Notes: generated by a model not told the origin, from the sequence alone. A stretch of 64,000 bases of DNA from an uncultured Gemmatimonadales bacterium (GCA_963798845.1 CAWCUS010000001.1:448001-512000), one strand, 5' to 3'; numbered from the stretch's first letter, positions 32,253 to 41,021 are shown. Made by a program: numbers and translations.

Positions 32253-32448
32253 GGGCTCCCCAAGCCCCTGACTGCCGCCACCTCCTTCGACGCGCTCAGG
32301 CGCACTGCGGACTCGAACGGCGCACCAACCCTGCACCAGCGCGCGCCTGGGCAGCCTTCCGTGGCCGCGCCCCCCGGGGATTGACGGGCCGACGGCCGCT
32401 GTGTAATGGTTAACCCATACACCAGGACACCGCGCCACCGGAGACTTC

Positions 32449-33666
32449 ATGACCGCCGTGCTGCAGTCGCTGAACGCCGCAGTCGAAAGCCTGAGGAGCA
32501 ACCCGCTCCGGACGGTGCTTTCGACGCTCGGCGTGATCATCGGGGTGGCCTCTCTGGTTGCGATTCTGGCGCTGGGCGACGGGCTGGAGCGGTACAGCCG
32601 TGCGCAGATCGCGGAATCGACGGACCTGCAGACGGTGGTCGTGACGCCGAAGACGACGGACCGAGAGGACGGGATCCTGGTACGTCGGCAGCGAGTGGAG
32701 CGGCTGGACCGCGAGGCGGTGGCGGGGCTGCAGACGCGCCTGGGGGAACGGGCGGATGCCATGCTGTTCGTGATGGGGGCTGCACGCATGGAAGCAGCGC
32801 GGGACACGGAGCAGCATGCGGTGCTGCTCACGGCGACGGAGCCCGCCGCGGCGCTGCAGCTGAGGGAGGGGGTGGTGGCGGGGCGGTTCCTCACCGCGGC
32901 CGACGTTTCCGGCGACTCTGCGGTCGCGGTGGTGCCGCTGGAGGCGCTGGGAGCCGATGCCCGGGCCGGCGGCGTCGGGGAGAGCGTCAGGATAGGTGGC
33001 GACGTGCTTCGGGTGATCGGGGTGACGCAGGAAACGGGGCCGATCCTGCGAGTCTACGTCCCGCTGAGCGACGCGCGGCGTGAGCAGCTCGAGGGGCCGG
33101 ATCGGCCGACGTCGCTCGCGGTGAGGGCGCGCCGGGTGGAAGATGTGGAGCGGGTGCGAGCGGCTACGGAATCGTGGCTGGCGGAGCGGTACGGGGCTGC
33201 GGACGGGTTCGCCGTCGCCAGCAACCAGGCGCGGGCCGCGCAGGCGCGACAGGGGATGCTCGTGTTCAAGCTCGTGATGGGGGCGATCGCGGGGATCTCG
33301 CTCCTGGTCGGCGGGATCGGGATCATGAACATCCTGCTGGCGAGCGTGTTGGAGCGTACGCGGGAGATCGGGATCCGGAAGGCCTCCGGTGCGCGGCAGC
33401 GCGACATCCTCGTCCAGTTCCTGGCCGAAGCGGTCACCATCACCGGCGTGGGCAGCGTGCTGGGGGTGGTGGTGGGACTGGCGGGTGCGTTCGGCATCAC
33501 CGCGGCGATCCGCCACTACACGGATGCGCCGCTGTTCGCGGCCTTCACGTGGGGGTCCGTGCTGGTGGCCGCGGGAGCGGCGCTGGTGGTCGGCCTGGCC
33601 TTCGGGACGTACCCTGCGCGCCGTGCCGCGAAGCTGTCGCCGATCGAGGCGATCCGCCACGAGTGA
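32449..33666 (+). CDS. MacB/FtsX-like ABC transporter permease
   Basis: LRTVLSTLGVIIGVAS, GGIGIMNILLASVLERTREIGIRK, PARRAAKLSPIEAIRHE; no adjacent ATPase. Confidence 0.93.
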   Translation: MTAVLQSLNAAVESLRSNPLRTVLSTLGVIIGVASLVAILALGDGLERYSRAQIAESTDLQTVVVTPKTTDREDGILVRRQRVERLDREAVAGLQTRLGERADAMLFVMGAARMEAARDTEQHAVLLTATEPAAALQLREGVVAGRFLTAADVSGDSAVAVVPLEALGADARAGGVGESVRIGGDVLRVIGVTQETGPILRVYVPLSDARREQLEGPDRPTSLAVRARRVEDVERVRAATESWLAERYGAADGFAVASNQARAAQARQGMLVFKLVMGAIAGISLLVGGIGIMNILLASVLERTREIGIRKASGARQRDILVQFLAEAVTITGVGSVLGVVVGLAGAFGITAAIRHYTDAPLFAAFTWGSVLVAAGAALVVGLAFGTYPARRAAKLSPIEAIRHE

Positions 33667-33682
33667 CGGGGGCGGAGCTCGC

Positions 33683-33920
33683 CTATTCCGGGTGCACCTC
33701 CCGCATGAGGCGGACGTATCGCGCGAGCACGGTGCGCGCCGTCTCGGTATCGCCGAGTCCTGCCCGCGCGGCCGCCAGCATCGCCAGAGCCGGGAGGGGG
33801 TAGTCGGGGCCGATGCGGAGAGCGGTCCCGGCGTCGCGGGCGGCGCCCTCCGGATCGCCGGTCTGCGGTCGAACAGCGGCGCGGGCCGCGAACGCATAGG
33901 GCACGGTGTCGCTCGGCGCA
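33683..33920 (-). pseudogene. C-terminal TPR-like gene fragment
   Basis: YAFAARAAVRPQTGDPEGAARDAGTALRIGPDYPLPALAMLAAARAGLGD is TPR-like; no credible N-terminus. Confidence 0.5.
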
Positions 33921-34320
33921 CTGCTCTCCGCCACCGCTATCGTGACCGGATGCGGCGACGGCGGCACGCCGACGGCGCCGGCCCTCGGGGCGCCGGGCTC
34001 CGACGCTTCCAGGGCGCCGGGCGTGCTCCCGGCCGACCACTGCATGAACTTCTCGTACACGACGCGTGGCGACCTCGGGCTGTACGAGGATCCGCTGCAC
34101 CCTGGCCAGTACCTGTTCGGCGCCATGCCCACGTATCCGTTCTACGTCGGTGCCGGTTCCCGGAGACGGCTGCCTCGTCAATGACCAGATGCGCATCGCC
34201 GAAGGGGGCGGCGCGTGCGCCGAGGCGGAAGGGCGGATCTTCAACCACGGCATCGTCAACATCCCCGAAGGCTGGCTCGATCTCGACATGGAGGCCGGGT
34301 CTGCGGCGCCGGGATCCTCG
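33906..34320 (+). pseudogene. degraded lipoprotein gene (frame switch near 34150)
   Basis: Lipobox VTGC-GDGGTPTAP in ORF 33906-34184; continuation CLVNDQMRIAEGGG...GRIFNHGIVNI in another frame. Confidence 0.5.
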
Positions 34321-34439
34321 GGTGGGGCGCGCCATGACCGCGACCACCACGCGACCACCACCATGACCGTCGCAGATCACCTGGCGGCGCGCCGCGGCGC
34401 CGCCGGGCGCGCTTCCGGGTGGGGGGTCGTACGCGTCGT

Positions 34440-35978
34440 TCAATCCCAGTAGCCGTGGACGTACCAGCCGCCGTCCACGCCGTCGCGGAAGATCCACAGA
34501 GGGACGCCCTCGTCGGTGACGCAGCGGTAGTACTCGCGCGCATACGGCGAGGGCTCCCACTGTCCGCCGGAGATACGGTCCGGCCCGGCCGCCACGACCA
34601 GCTCCCGCCAACCCCCGCGGTCGCGAATCCGCACCGGGGCTTCGTGGTCGCGGCGACGGACGGTCTCCACCATGACCGCGCGGGGCGGGTCCAGGAGCTG
34701 GAGGACCATGTCGGCGCCTTCGCCCGACGCGGCCCCCGACAGCGTCGCCGGGGCGGACGCTCCGGCGGCGGGCACCGGCTTCGGGCCCGCTGCCACGCGC
34801 TCCAGGCTCACGGGCGTCCAGTCGGCGCGCCGCTCCACGAGCGGGTGGGCGCCGGATCCCGGGGCAAGGGGGAGCGCCTCCCGCTCGGCAAGGCGGGCCA
34901 CGGCGGCCTCCACGGCGGACGCGGTGGCGAAGCCACGGTCGAAGAGGTCGCCCTGCTGAACGGCGGCGGCTTCGGTAGAGACCACCTCGAGGCCCATCCC
35001 GGCCACGGCATCCGGGACGGTGAGCCGGTCGAGGAGGCCGCGCAGGAGCCGGAGCCACGTCTCCCGGCTCGCAGTAGGACGCGCCGGCCGGAGCGTGCGC
35101 GCCCACTCGTCGCCGTTGGCCAGCGGCAGCGTGAGGCGCAGCGCCCGGGCGTGCTCGCCCCGCGTCGCCAGTCCATCGCACACCGGCCCCAGGAGCGCGT
35201 TGGCGGTGAACAGGAGCCGGGACGGGTCCGTGAGGACATAGTCCACGAAGTCGATGGAGCCGTGGGGTCGCTCGGACGGGACCGGCCGGAACAGGCGACG
35301 CCGGTCGTCGCCGCGCGCCAGCCGCCAGAGCCCCACCGCGCTTGCTCCGAAGCGCACCTCCACCGCCTCCCGCTCCAGCGCCGCCAGCTCACCCACGCGC
35401 GCCACACCCACCCCGTCGAGGAGCGCCCGCAGCCGGTCGTCCGGCCCCAGCGCCGCGACCGGGAGGGTAGCCATCCACGCCGCCTCCCCACCCCGCTCCA
35501 CCGCCACGACGGCCCCGGATGCGCCGCTCCCTCCCATCCCCGCCCCCACCCCCTTCCGCCACCCCCACCCGGTGCGCTCCTTCACCAGGAACGGCGTGGG
35601 ACCGGCAGGACGGCCGGCCTCCGCGCCGAAGCGCGCCGCCAGCTCCGCGGCCACGGGAACGGCGGCCACGCCCGCGCGCACGATGGCGCCTCCACCCCCA
35701 CTCCCATCCGGCGGCGCCGCCTCGGCCCCCGCCGCCTCGGCCCCCGCCGCCTCGAGCCGCGCCACCAGCGCGCCGGCCAGCGCCCGCGCGTCCAGCCCAC
35801 GGGCATCGGCCCAGACCACCTCGCGCTCCACCCGCACCCGGGGCGCCAGCTCCGCCACGATGGGACCGGCCTCCCGCGGAGATGCGAGCGGCGAGGAGGA
35901 GTCGGCGGGGCCGTCGCCTTCAGCGGGAAGAGACGCCCCGGCGGTCGACCAGCCGGGGCTCCAGACACAGACGTACAT
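34440..35978 (-). CDS. imuB: ImuB-like Y-family polymerase homolog
   Basis: LPVAALG...GVARVGELAAL...RFG thumb, QGDLF clamp motif, C-terminal AGPDRISGGQW...REYY...WIFRD...WYVHGYWD. Confidence 0.85.
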   Translation of the reverse strand: MYVCVWSPGWSTAGASLPAEGDGPADSSSPLASPREAGPIVAELAPRVRVEREVVWADARGLDARALAGALVARLEAAGAEAAGAEAAPPDGSGGGGAIVRAGVAAVPVAAELAARFGAEAGRPAGPTPFLVKERTGWGWRKGVGAGMGGSGASGAVVAVERGGEAAWMATLPVAALGPDDRLRALLDGVGVARVGELAALEREAVEVRFGASAVGLWRLARGDDRRRLFRPVPSERPHGSIDFVDYVLTDPSRLLFTANALLGPVCDGLATRGEHARALRLTLPLANGDEWARTLRPARPTASRETWLRLLRGLLDRLTVPDAVAGMGLEVVSTEAAAVQQGDLFDRGFATASAVEAAVARLAEREALPLAPGSGAHPLVERRADWTPVSLERVAAGPKPVPAAGASAPATLSGAASGEGADMVLQLLDPPRAVMVETVRRRDHEAPVRIRDRGGWRELVVAAGPDRISGGQWEPSPYAREYYRCVTDEGVPLWIFRDGVDGGWYVHGYWD

Positions 35979-36627
35979 CGTGATGCTTCACTCCCAGTCG
36001 GAACCGGACCCGCCGGTCCAGCCCCAGCGACTCCAGCCTCGCCCGCACCGCCACGGACTCCAGCGCTACCGGCTCTCCGAACGGGCCCCGCCGCCAGCGG
36101 AACCCCTCCGGTTCGAATGATGACGACACCCTCAGGTGCGACAGGGGCGCCCCCGCCGCCACCGCCACGAACGCGCTCCCCCCTTCCCTCGCCGCCCGCC
36201 CCAGGCGCACGCCCTCGCCGTCGCCCAGCACCCCACCATCCCCCGCCAGGACGACGAGGGCGAAGCCGCCCGAGCGCAGCAGCTCCTCCGCCACCAGCAC
36301 CGCGTCCGCCACACCGGGGCGGAAAAACAGCGGTCCCTCCTCCCAGTACGCTCCCGCCGCATCACCCCGCCCGTCCACCCACGCCGCGCGCTCTCCAGCC
36401 GCCACCCGCTCCCGGCTCGCCGCACGCAGCACCGCCGTGCTCCCGCCCCCCGGCCGCCAGAGCGTCATCCGCCCCCGTGGCAGCCCCCCCGCCGGCAGCG
36501 CCGCGTCCAGCGCACCCACCCCGGTCGGCACCGCCCCGGCAAGCCCCGTCCGCACGGGCTGGGCGTCGGGAAAGCGACGCTCCAGCTCCCTGCGGAGCTC
36601 CAGGACCTCGGCGGGCAGTGCGGCCAC
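35920..36627 (-). CDS. imuA: ImuA-like RecA-fold protein
   Basis: VPTGVGALDAALPAGGLPRG, AAWVDG, EELLRSGGFALVVL; degenerate Walker A; upstream of imuB. Confidence 0.82.
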   Translation of the reverse strand: MAALPAEVLELRRELERRFPDAQPVRTGLAGAVPTGVGALDAALPAGGLPRGRMTLWRPGGGSTAVLRAASRERVAAGERAAWVDGRGDAAGAYWEEGPLFFRPGVADAVLVAEELLRSGGFALVVLAGDGGVLGDGEGVRLGRAAREGGSAFVAVAAGAPLSHLRVSSSFEPEGFRWRRGPFGEPVALESVAVRARLESLGLDRRVRFRLGVKHHDVRLCLEPRLVDRRGVSSR

Positions 36628-36671
36628 GGACGTGTCTCCTCCGGTCGGGTGATGCGATGCCAGGGGCCCGT

Positions 36672-36701
36672 AGTGTAATACCGAAGATAAACCGAAATCA
36701 A
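36672..36701 (-). promoter_or_regulatory. imuA promoter with TTTCGG-N6-TTCGG box in the spacer
   Basis: Minus strand TTGATT-N18-TACACT; box TTTCGG TTTATC TTCGG at 36681-36697. Confidence 0.7.
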
Positions 36702-36983
36702 GGGTCGAAGAGGAACCGTGACACGAAGGACTCGAAGGGTCGAAGGGCTCGAAGGGGGCAGCGCTGAGCCCCGGGTCGAAGCGGGGGTCCGCGGGGGTGG
36801 AAGCGATCCGGGTTCCGGGACTGAAACTGGACTCCCGGTGAGCTTCGGGTCACCGGCGAACCAAGCTCCGGACCATGCTCTGCCCGTGAGCGTCGGGGTC
36901 CCCCGGGCACCTCGGGTCGCCCGGCATGACTTCGAGCCCTTCGACCCTTCGATCCCTTCGTGTCAAGAATTTCTTCGACCCTT
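36700..36983. mobile_element. MITE-like element with about 55-bp imperfect terminal inverted repeats
   Basis: Left AAGGGTCGAAGAGGAACCGTGACACGAAGGACTCGAAGGGTCGAAGGGCTCGAAG vs reverse complement of right end AAGGGTCGAAGAAATTCTTGACACGAAGGGATCGAAGGGTCGAAGGGCTCGAAG; no TSD seen. Confidence 0.55.
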
Positions 36984-37037
36984 CCCGCCGGCCCTTCGAC
37001 GCTTCCGCTGGCAGGGCGGTTGCGGAGGGTCACGGCC

Positions 37038-37772
37038 ATGAAGCTCACGTTCCTTGGAACGCGCGGTGAGATCGAGGCGCGGACGCCTCTTCACCGCATG
37101 CATACGTCGCTGCTGGTGAGCTACGGTGGCGCGCGGGTGATGATCGACGCGGGGACGGACTGGCTGGAGGCGGTGCACGACCTGCGTCCGCGCCCTCACG
37201 CGCTGGTGATCACGCACGCGCACCCGGACCACGCGTGGGGGCTCGAGCACGGGTCGCCCGCGCCGGTCTGGGCGACGGCGGCGGCGTGGGACGGGATGGC
37301 GGAGTACGCGATCCCGGCCGAAGCGCGGCGCATCGTCGTGGACCGGGAGCCGTTCGAGATCGGCGGGATCCGCTTCGAGGCGTTCGTGGTGGAGCATTCG
37401 ATCCGGGCGCCGACCGTCGGCTATCGGATCAGCGCGGGAGAGGTGACCGTCTGGTACGGGCCGGACCTGGTGTACATCGCGGAGCGGGCGGAGGCGCTCC
37501 AGGGCTGCCGGCTCTACATCGGCGACGGGGCCACCATGACGCAGTCGTTCGTGCGCAGGCGGGGCAAGCGGCTGGTGGGCCACACGCCGGTGCGGACGCA
37601 GCTGACCTGGTGCGCGAAGGAGGGGGTCCCGCGCGCGGTGATCAGCCACTGCGGGAAGGAGATCGTGGAGGGCGACGAGCGGGTGCTCGGCGCCGAGCTG
37701 CGGGCCATGGCGGAGGAGCGGGGCGTGGAGGCCGAGTTCGCGCGGGACGGGCTGGAGATCGTGCTGCGTTGA
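37038..37772 (+). CDS. MBL-fold metallo-hydrolase
   Basis: MKLTFLGTRG, THAHPDHAWG, VEHS, ISHCG. Confidence 0.9.
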   Translation: MKLTFLGTRGEIEARTPLHRMHTSLLVSYGGARVMIDAGTDWLEAVHDLRPRPHALVITHAHPDHAWGLEHGSPAPVWATAAAWDGMAEYAIPAEARRIVVDREPFEIGGIRFEAFVVEHSIRAPTVGYRISAGEVTVWYGPDLVYIAERAEALQGCRLYIGDGATMTQSFVRRRGKRLVGHTPVRTQLTWCAKEGVPRAVISHCGKEIVEGDERVLGAELRAMAEERGVEAEFARDGLEIVLR

Positions 37773-37834
37773 CGGGCTCGCGGAAAGGGTAGCCTCGCAG
37801 ACAGGCGTTCGGGCGCGTGCCGGGAAGGAGCGCC

Positions 37835-38220
37835 CGCTGCGCTCGCTGTCGAAGCGGCGGTGGGGCGCCACCCGCCGGAGGCGGATTCGAAGCGGCGGTG
37901 GGGCGGCGCCCGCCGGAGGCGGATTCGAAGAACCCTCGTGGGAGAGGCGGATCGGCGCGCCGGGAAGCTTCGGCTGCCGAGGTTTTTCGAATCTCCGCAG
38001 CGCGGGGTCGAGGAGGCCGCCCCGGCCGACGAGATCGAATCGCCGCTTCGCGGCGCCGCGGCGTCCGGCCGCCGCGGTTCGAATCCGCGCCTCGCGCGGT
38101 CGCGCGAGCGAAGCGACGCGCGATCGAACCTCGTCATGGCCCCTGCACTTCGAGCCCAGGGTTGCCGGGGCGAGCCACGGCGGCGCATCCTCCTCACCTT
38201 CCGGGGCAGAGACAATCGAA
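37835..38220. repeat. TCGA-punctuated hairpin cluster including a 38-bp tandem duplicate
   Basis: TCGAAGCGGCGGTGGGGCG(CCA/GCG)CCCGCCGGAGGCGGAT at 37849 and 37887; further TCGA-flanked hairpins up to about 38220. Confidence 0.7.
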
Positions 38221-38231
38221 CGAGGAAGACC

Positions 38232-39173
38232 ATGGACCGGGTGACGGCGGCGGTGGTCCAGGCGGAGCAGCCGGGGACGCTGGCGGAGGGGCTGGAGCTG
38301 GCGAGAGCGCTCGTGACGGAGGCGGCGGCGAAGGGCGCGTCCCTCGTCGTCTTCCCGGAGACGTGGCTCCCGGGGTACCCCGCGTGGATCGATTACACCC
38401 GCGATGCTGCGCTGTGGGACCACGCGCCGGTGAAGGCGGTGTACGCGCGGCTGGTGGACGAGAGCGTGGTGGTGGACGGCGAGTCGGGCGCGGCGCTCGC
38501 GTCGCTGGCGAAGGATGCGGGCGTGACGCTGGTCATGGGCGCGAGCGAGCGCGTTCTCTCCGGTCCCGGGCGTGCGACGCTGTACAACGCGCTGCTGGTC
38601 TACGGCCCGGACGGCTCGCTGCTGAACCACCACCGGAAGCTGACGCCCACGTACACGGAGCGGCTGGTCTGGGGCCCGGGCGACGCGTCGGGGCTGAAGG
38701 CCGTGGACACGCCGGCGGGTCGGCTGGGCGGGCTGATCTGCTGGGAGCACTGGAACCCGCTGGCGCGCCAGGCGCTGCATGACAGCGGCGAGGACGTGCA
38801 CGTGGCGGTTTGGTCGGCGGTGGTGGGGGTGAACGGGATGCACCAGGAGGCGAGCCGCTGCTACGCGTTCGAAGGGCGCTGCCACGTGGTGGCCGCGGGG
38901 CAGCTCATGCGCGCGGCCGCGCTGCCCGCGGAGCTGGAGCCGAGCCCGGCCAAGGTGTCGGGGCCGGACCAGTGGCTGCTCCGGGGCGGAAGCGCCATCA
39001 TCGGTCCGGACGGATCGTACCTGGCCGGCCCGCTGTACGACGAGCCTGGCGTGCTCGTGGCGGAGCTGGCGTATCGCCGGAACCGTGAGGAAGCCATGAC
39101 CCTGGATGTGAGCGGCCACTATCAGCGTCCGGAGCTCTTCGAGTTCCGTGTGCGCGAAGGCGGCCGCAGGTAG
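38232..39173 (+). CDS. nitrilase (carbon-nitrogen hydrolase)
   Basis: Catalytic triad VFPET, HRKL, ICWEH; DVSGHYQRPE. Confidence 0.93.
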   Translation: MDRVTAAVVQAEQPGTLAEGLELARALVTEAAAKGASLVVFPETWLPGYPAWIDYTRDAALWDHAPVKAVYARLVDESVVVDGESGAALASLAKDAGVTLVMGASERVLSGPGRATLYNALLVYGPDGSLLNHHRKLTPTYTERLVWGPGDASGLKAVDTPAGRLGGLICWEHWNPLARQALHDSGEDVHVAVWSAVVGVNGMHQEASRCYAFEGRCHVVAAGQLMRAAALPAELEPSPAKVSGPDQWLLRGGSAIIGPDGSYLAGPLYDEPGVLVAELAYRRNREEAMTLDVSGHYQRPELFEFRVREGGRR

Positions 39174-39212
39174 CTCGGCGCGCGAGCACGAATCACTGGC
39201 GGAGGAGATCGG

Positions 39213-41021
39213 ATGCGCGGAAGTCTGAAGGGCGGCGTGGCCCTCGGCCTGCTCTGGACCGTGGGCCTGGCGGGGTGCTCGATGGAGCGGAACCGGCAGG
39301 TGATGCGACTGGCCGGAGGGGTGGACGAAACGGCACTGGAGGAGAAGGTGGAGGATTTCGAACCGGCGGAGATCTCTTTCGACGAGACCGCGCTGGCCGA
39401 CTGGGAGAAGGCGGTGCTGGCGAAGCTGGTCGAAGCGTCGGACATCATGCACCAGCTGTTCGCGCGCCAGGTTTCGCGCCGCAACCCCGACTGGCGGGCG
39501 CAGGTGGCCGCCCGGGGCGCCGACGACCCGGCCGCCATCTACTACGACATCATGGTGGGGCCGTGGGACCGGCAGTCGGAGCAGGCTCCCTTTCTCGACG
39601 CTGGCCCGAAGCCGGCGGGCGCCGGCTTCTACCCGGAGGACATGACGAAGGAGGAGCTCCGCTCCTGGGCGGAGGCCCATCCCGAGCAGAAGGAGGCGCT
39701 GGAGAGCCCGTTCACGATCATCGAGCGACAGGGCGACAGCCTCGCGGCCGTGCCGTACTCCGAGGCGTACCATCCCGAGCTGGAGAAGGCTGCGGCGCTC
39801 CTCCGGGAAGCCGCGGCGCTTGCGCAGAACAATTCGCTGTCCGACTACCTGGACAGCCGCGCTGCGTCGTTCCTGTCGAACGACTACTACCCCAGCGACG
39901 TGGCTTGGATGGACATCGCCGGAACGAAGATCGAACCGACCATCGGCCCGTACGAGGTGTACGAGGACAACCTGTTCGGCTACAAGGCGGCGTTCGAGAG
40001 CTTCGTCACCGTGGCGGACTCCGCGGCCAGCGCCGAGCTGGATCGGCTGAAGGAGTCGCTGCCCATGCTCGAGGAGAAGCTCCCCGAGCCGCCGCAGTAC
40101 CGCAACATGGACCGCGGCTTCGAGAGCCCCATCCGCGTGGTGGACGTGGTCTACACCGCGGGCGACACGCGCGCGGGGGTGCAGACGCTGGCGTTCAACC
40201 TCCCGAACGACGAGCGGGTCCGGCAGGCCAAGGGCTCCAAGAAGGTGATGCTGCGGAACGTGAGCCACGCCAAGTTCGACAAGATCCTCGAACCGATCGC
40301 GCACCAGCTGCTCGACCCGTCCCTGATCGGCGAGGTCCGGTTCCAGCCGTGGTTCACCAGCACGCTCATGCACGAGCTGGCGCACGGCCTCGGCCCGGGG
40401 TTCATCTCCCGCGACGGCGAGCGGACCACGGTGAACCAGGCGCTCCAGGACCGCTACAGCGCCATAGAGGAGGCCAAGGCCGACGTGGTCGGGCTCTACA
40501 ACCTGACCGTGCTGCGCGACCAGGGCGTCTACGACGACGACTTCGTCCGCGCCGCCTTCATCAGCAAGCTCCCCGACCTGTTCCGCGGCGTGCGGTTCGG
40601 CGCGGGCGAGGCGCACGGGAAGGCCAACCTCATCCAGGTCAACTGGATGCTCGAGCACGGCGCCCTGCGCTTCGATGACGAAGGCAGGATCACGGGCGAC
40701 CTCCCCGCCATGGAAGCCGCCGTGAAGTCACTGGCGACGGAGATCCTGACGCTCGAGGCCGAGGGCGACTATGACCGCGCCGGCCGGCTCCTCGACACGT
40801 ACGGCCATCTCACACCCGAGCTCCAGGCGGCCGTGGCCCGAATCGGCGACGTCCCCGTGGACATCCGTCCCGTGTTCGAGGTCCGGGACCTCCTCCCCGA
40901 GTGGGACGCCATCGCCAAGCGCCTCTACGCCGGGGAGGACGCCGCCGCGCAGCTCTCCGCCGAGGGCGGGCTCGACGCCGCTGCAGACGGCGGTGGACAC
41001 GCCGCCGCCGGGAGCGACTGA
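39213..41021 (+). CDS. peptidase M49 (dipeptidyl peptidase III-like) lipoprotein
   Basis: Lipobox LAGC; GPYEVYED, AFNLPND, HELAH, EEAKAD. Confidence 0.88.
   Translation: MRGSLKGGVALGLLWTVGLAGCSMERNRQVMRLAGGVDETALEEKVEDFEPAEISFDETALADWEKAVLAKLVEASDIMHQLFARQVSRRNPDWRAQVAARGADDPAAIYYDIMVGPWDRQSEQAPFLDAGPKPAGAGFYPEDMTKEELRSWAEAHPEQKEALESPFTIIERQGDSLAAVPYSEAYHPELEKAAALLREAAALAQNNSLSDYLDSRAASFLSNDYYPSDVAWMDIAGTKIEPTIGPYEVYEDNLFGYKAAFESFVTVADSAASAELDRLKESLPMLEEKLPEPPQYRNMDRGFESPIRVVDVVYTAGDTRAGVQTLAFNLPNDERVRQAKGSKKVMLRNVSHAKFDKILEPIAHQLLDPSLIGEVRFQPWFTSTLMHELAHGLGPGFISRDGERTTVNQALQDRYSAIEEAKADVVGLYNLTVLRDQGVYDDDFVRAAFISKLPDLFRGVRFGAGEAHGKANLIQVNWMLEHGALRFDDEGRITGDLPAMEAAVKSLATEILTLEAEGDYDRAGRLLDTYGHLTPELQAAVARIGDVPVDIRPVFEVRDLLPEWDAIAKRLYAGEDAAAQLSAEGGLDAAADGGGHAAAGSD

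Noticed and set aside
36961..36966. Perfect TTGACA on the minus strand inside the MITE-like end, as an imuA promoter
   Set aside because: No -10 element lies at a suitable distance.
36963..40658. Very long antisense ORFs (e.g. 1231 aa here, 1269 aa at 53295-57104, 1007 aa at 27399-30422)
   Set aside because: They are shadow frames opposite well-supported genes in high-GC DNA and have no recognisable motifs.
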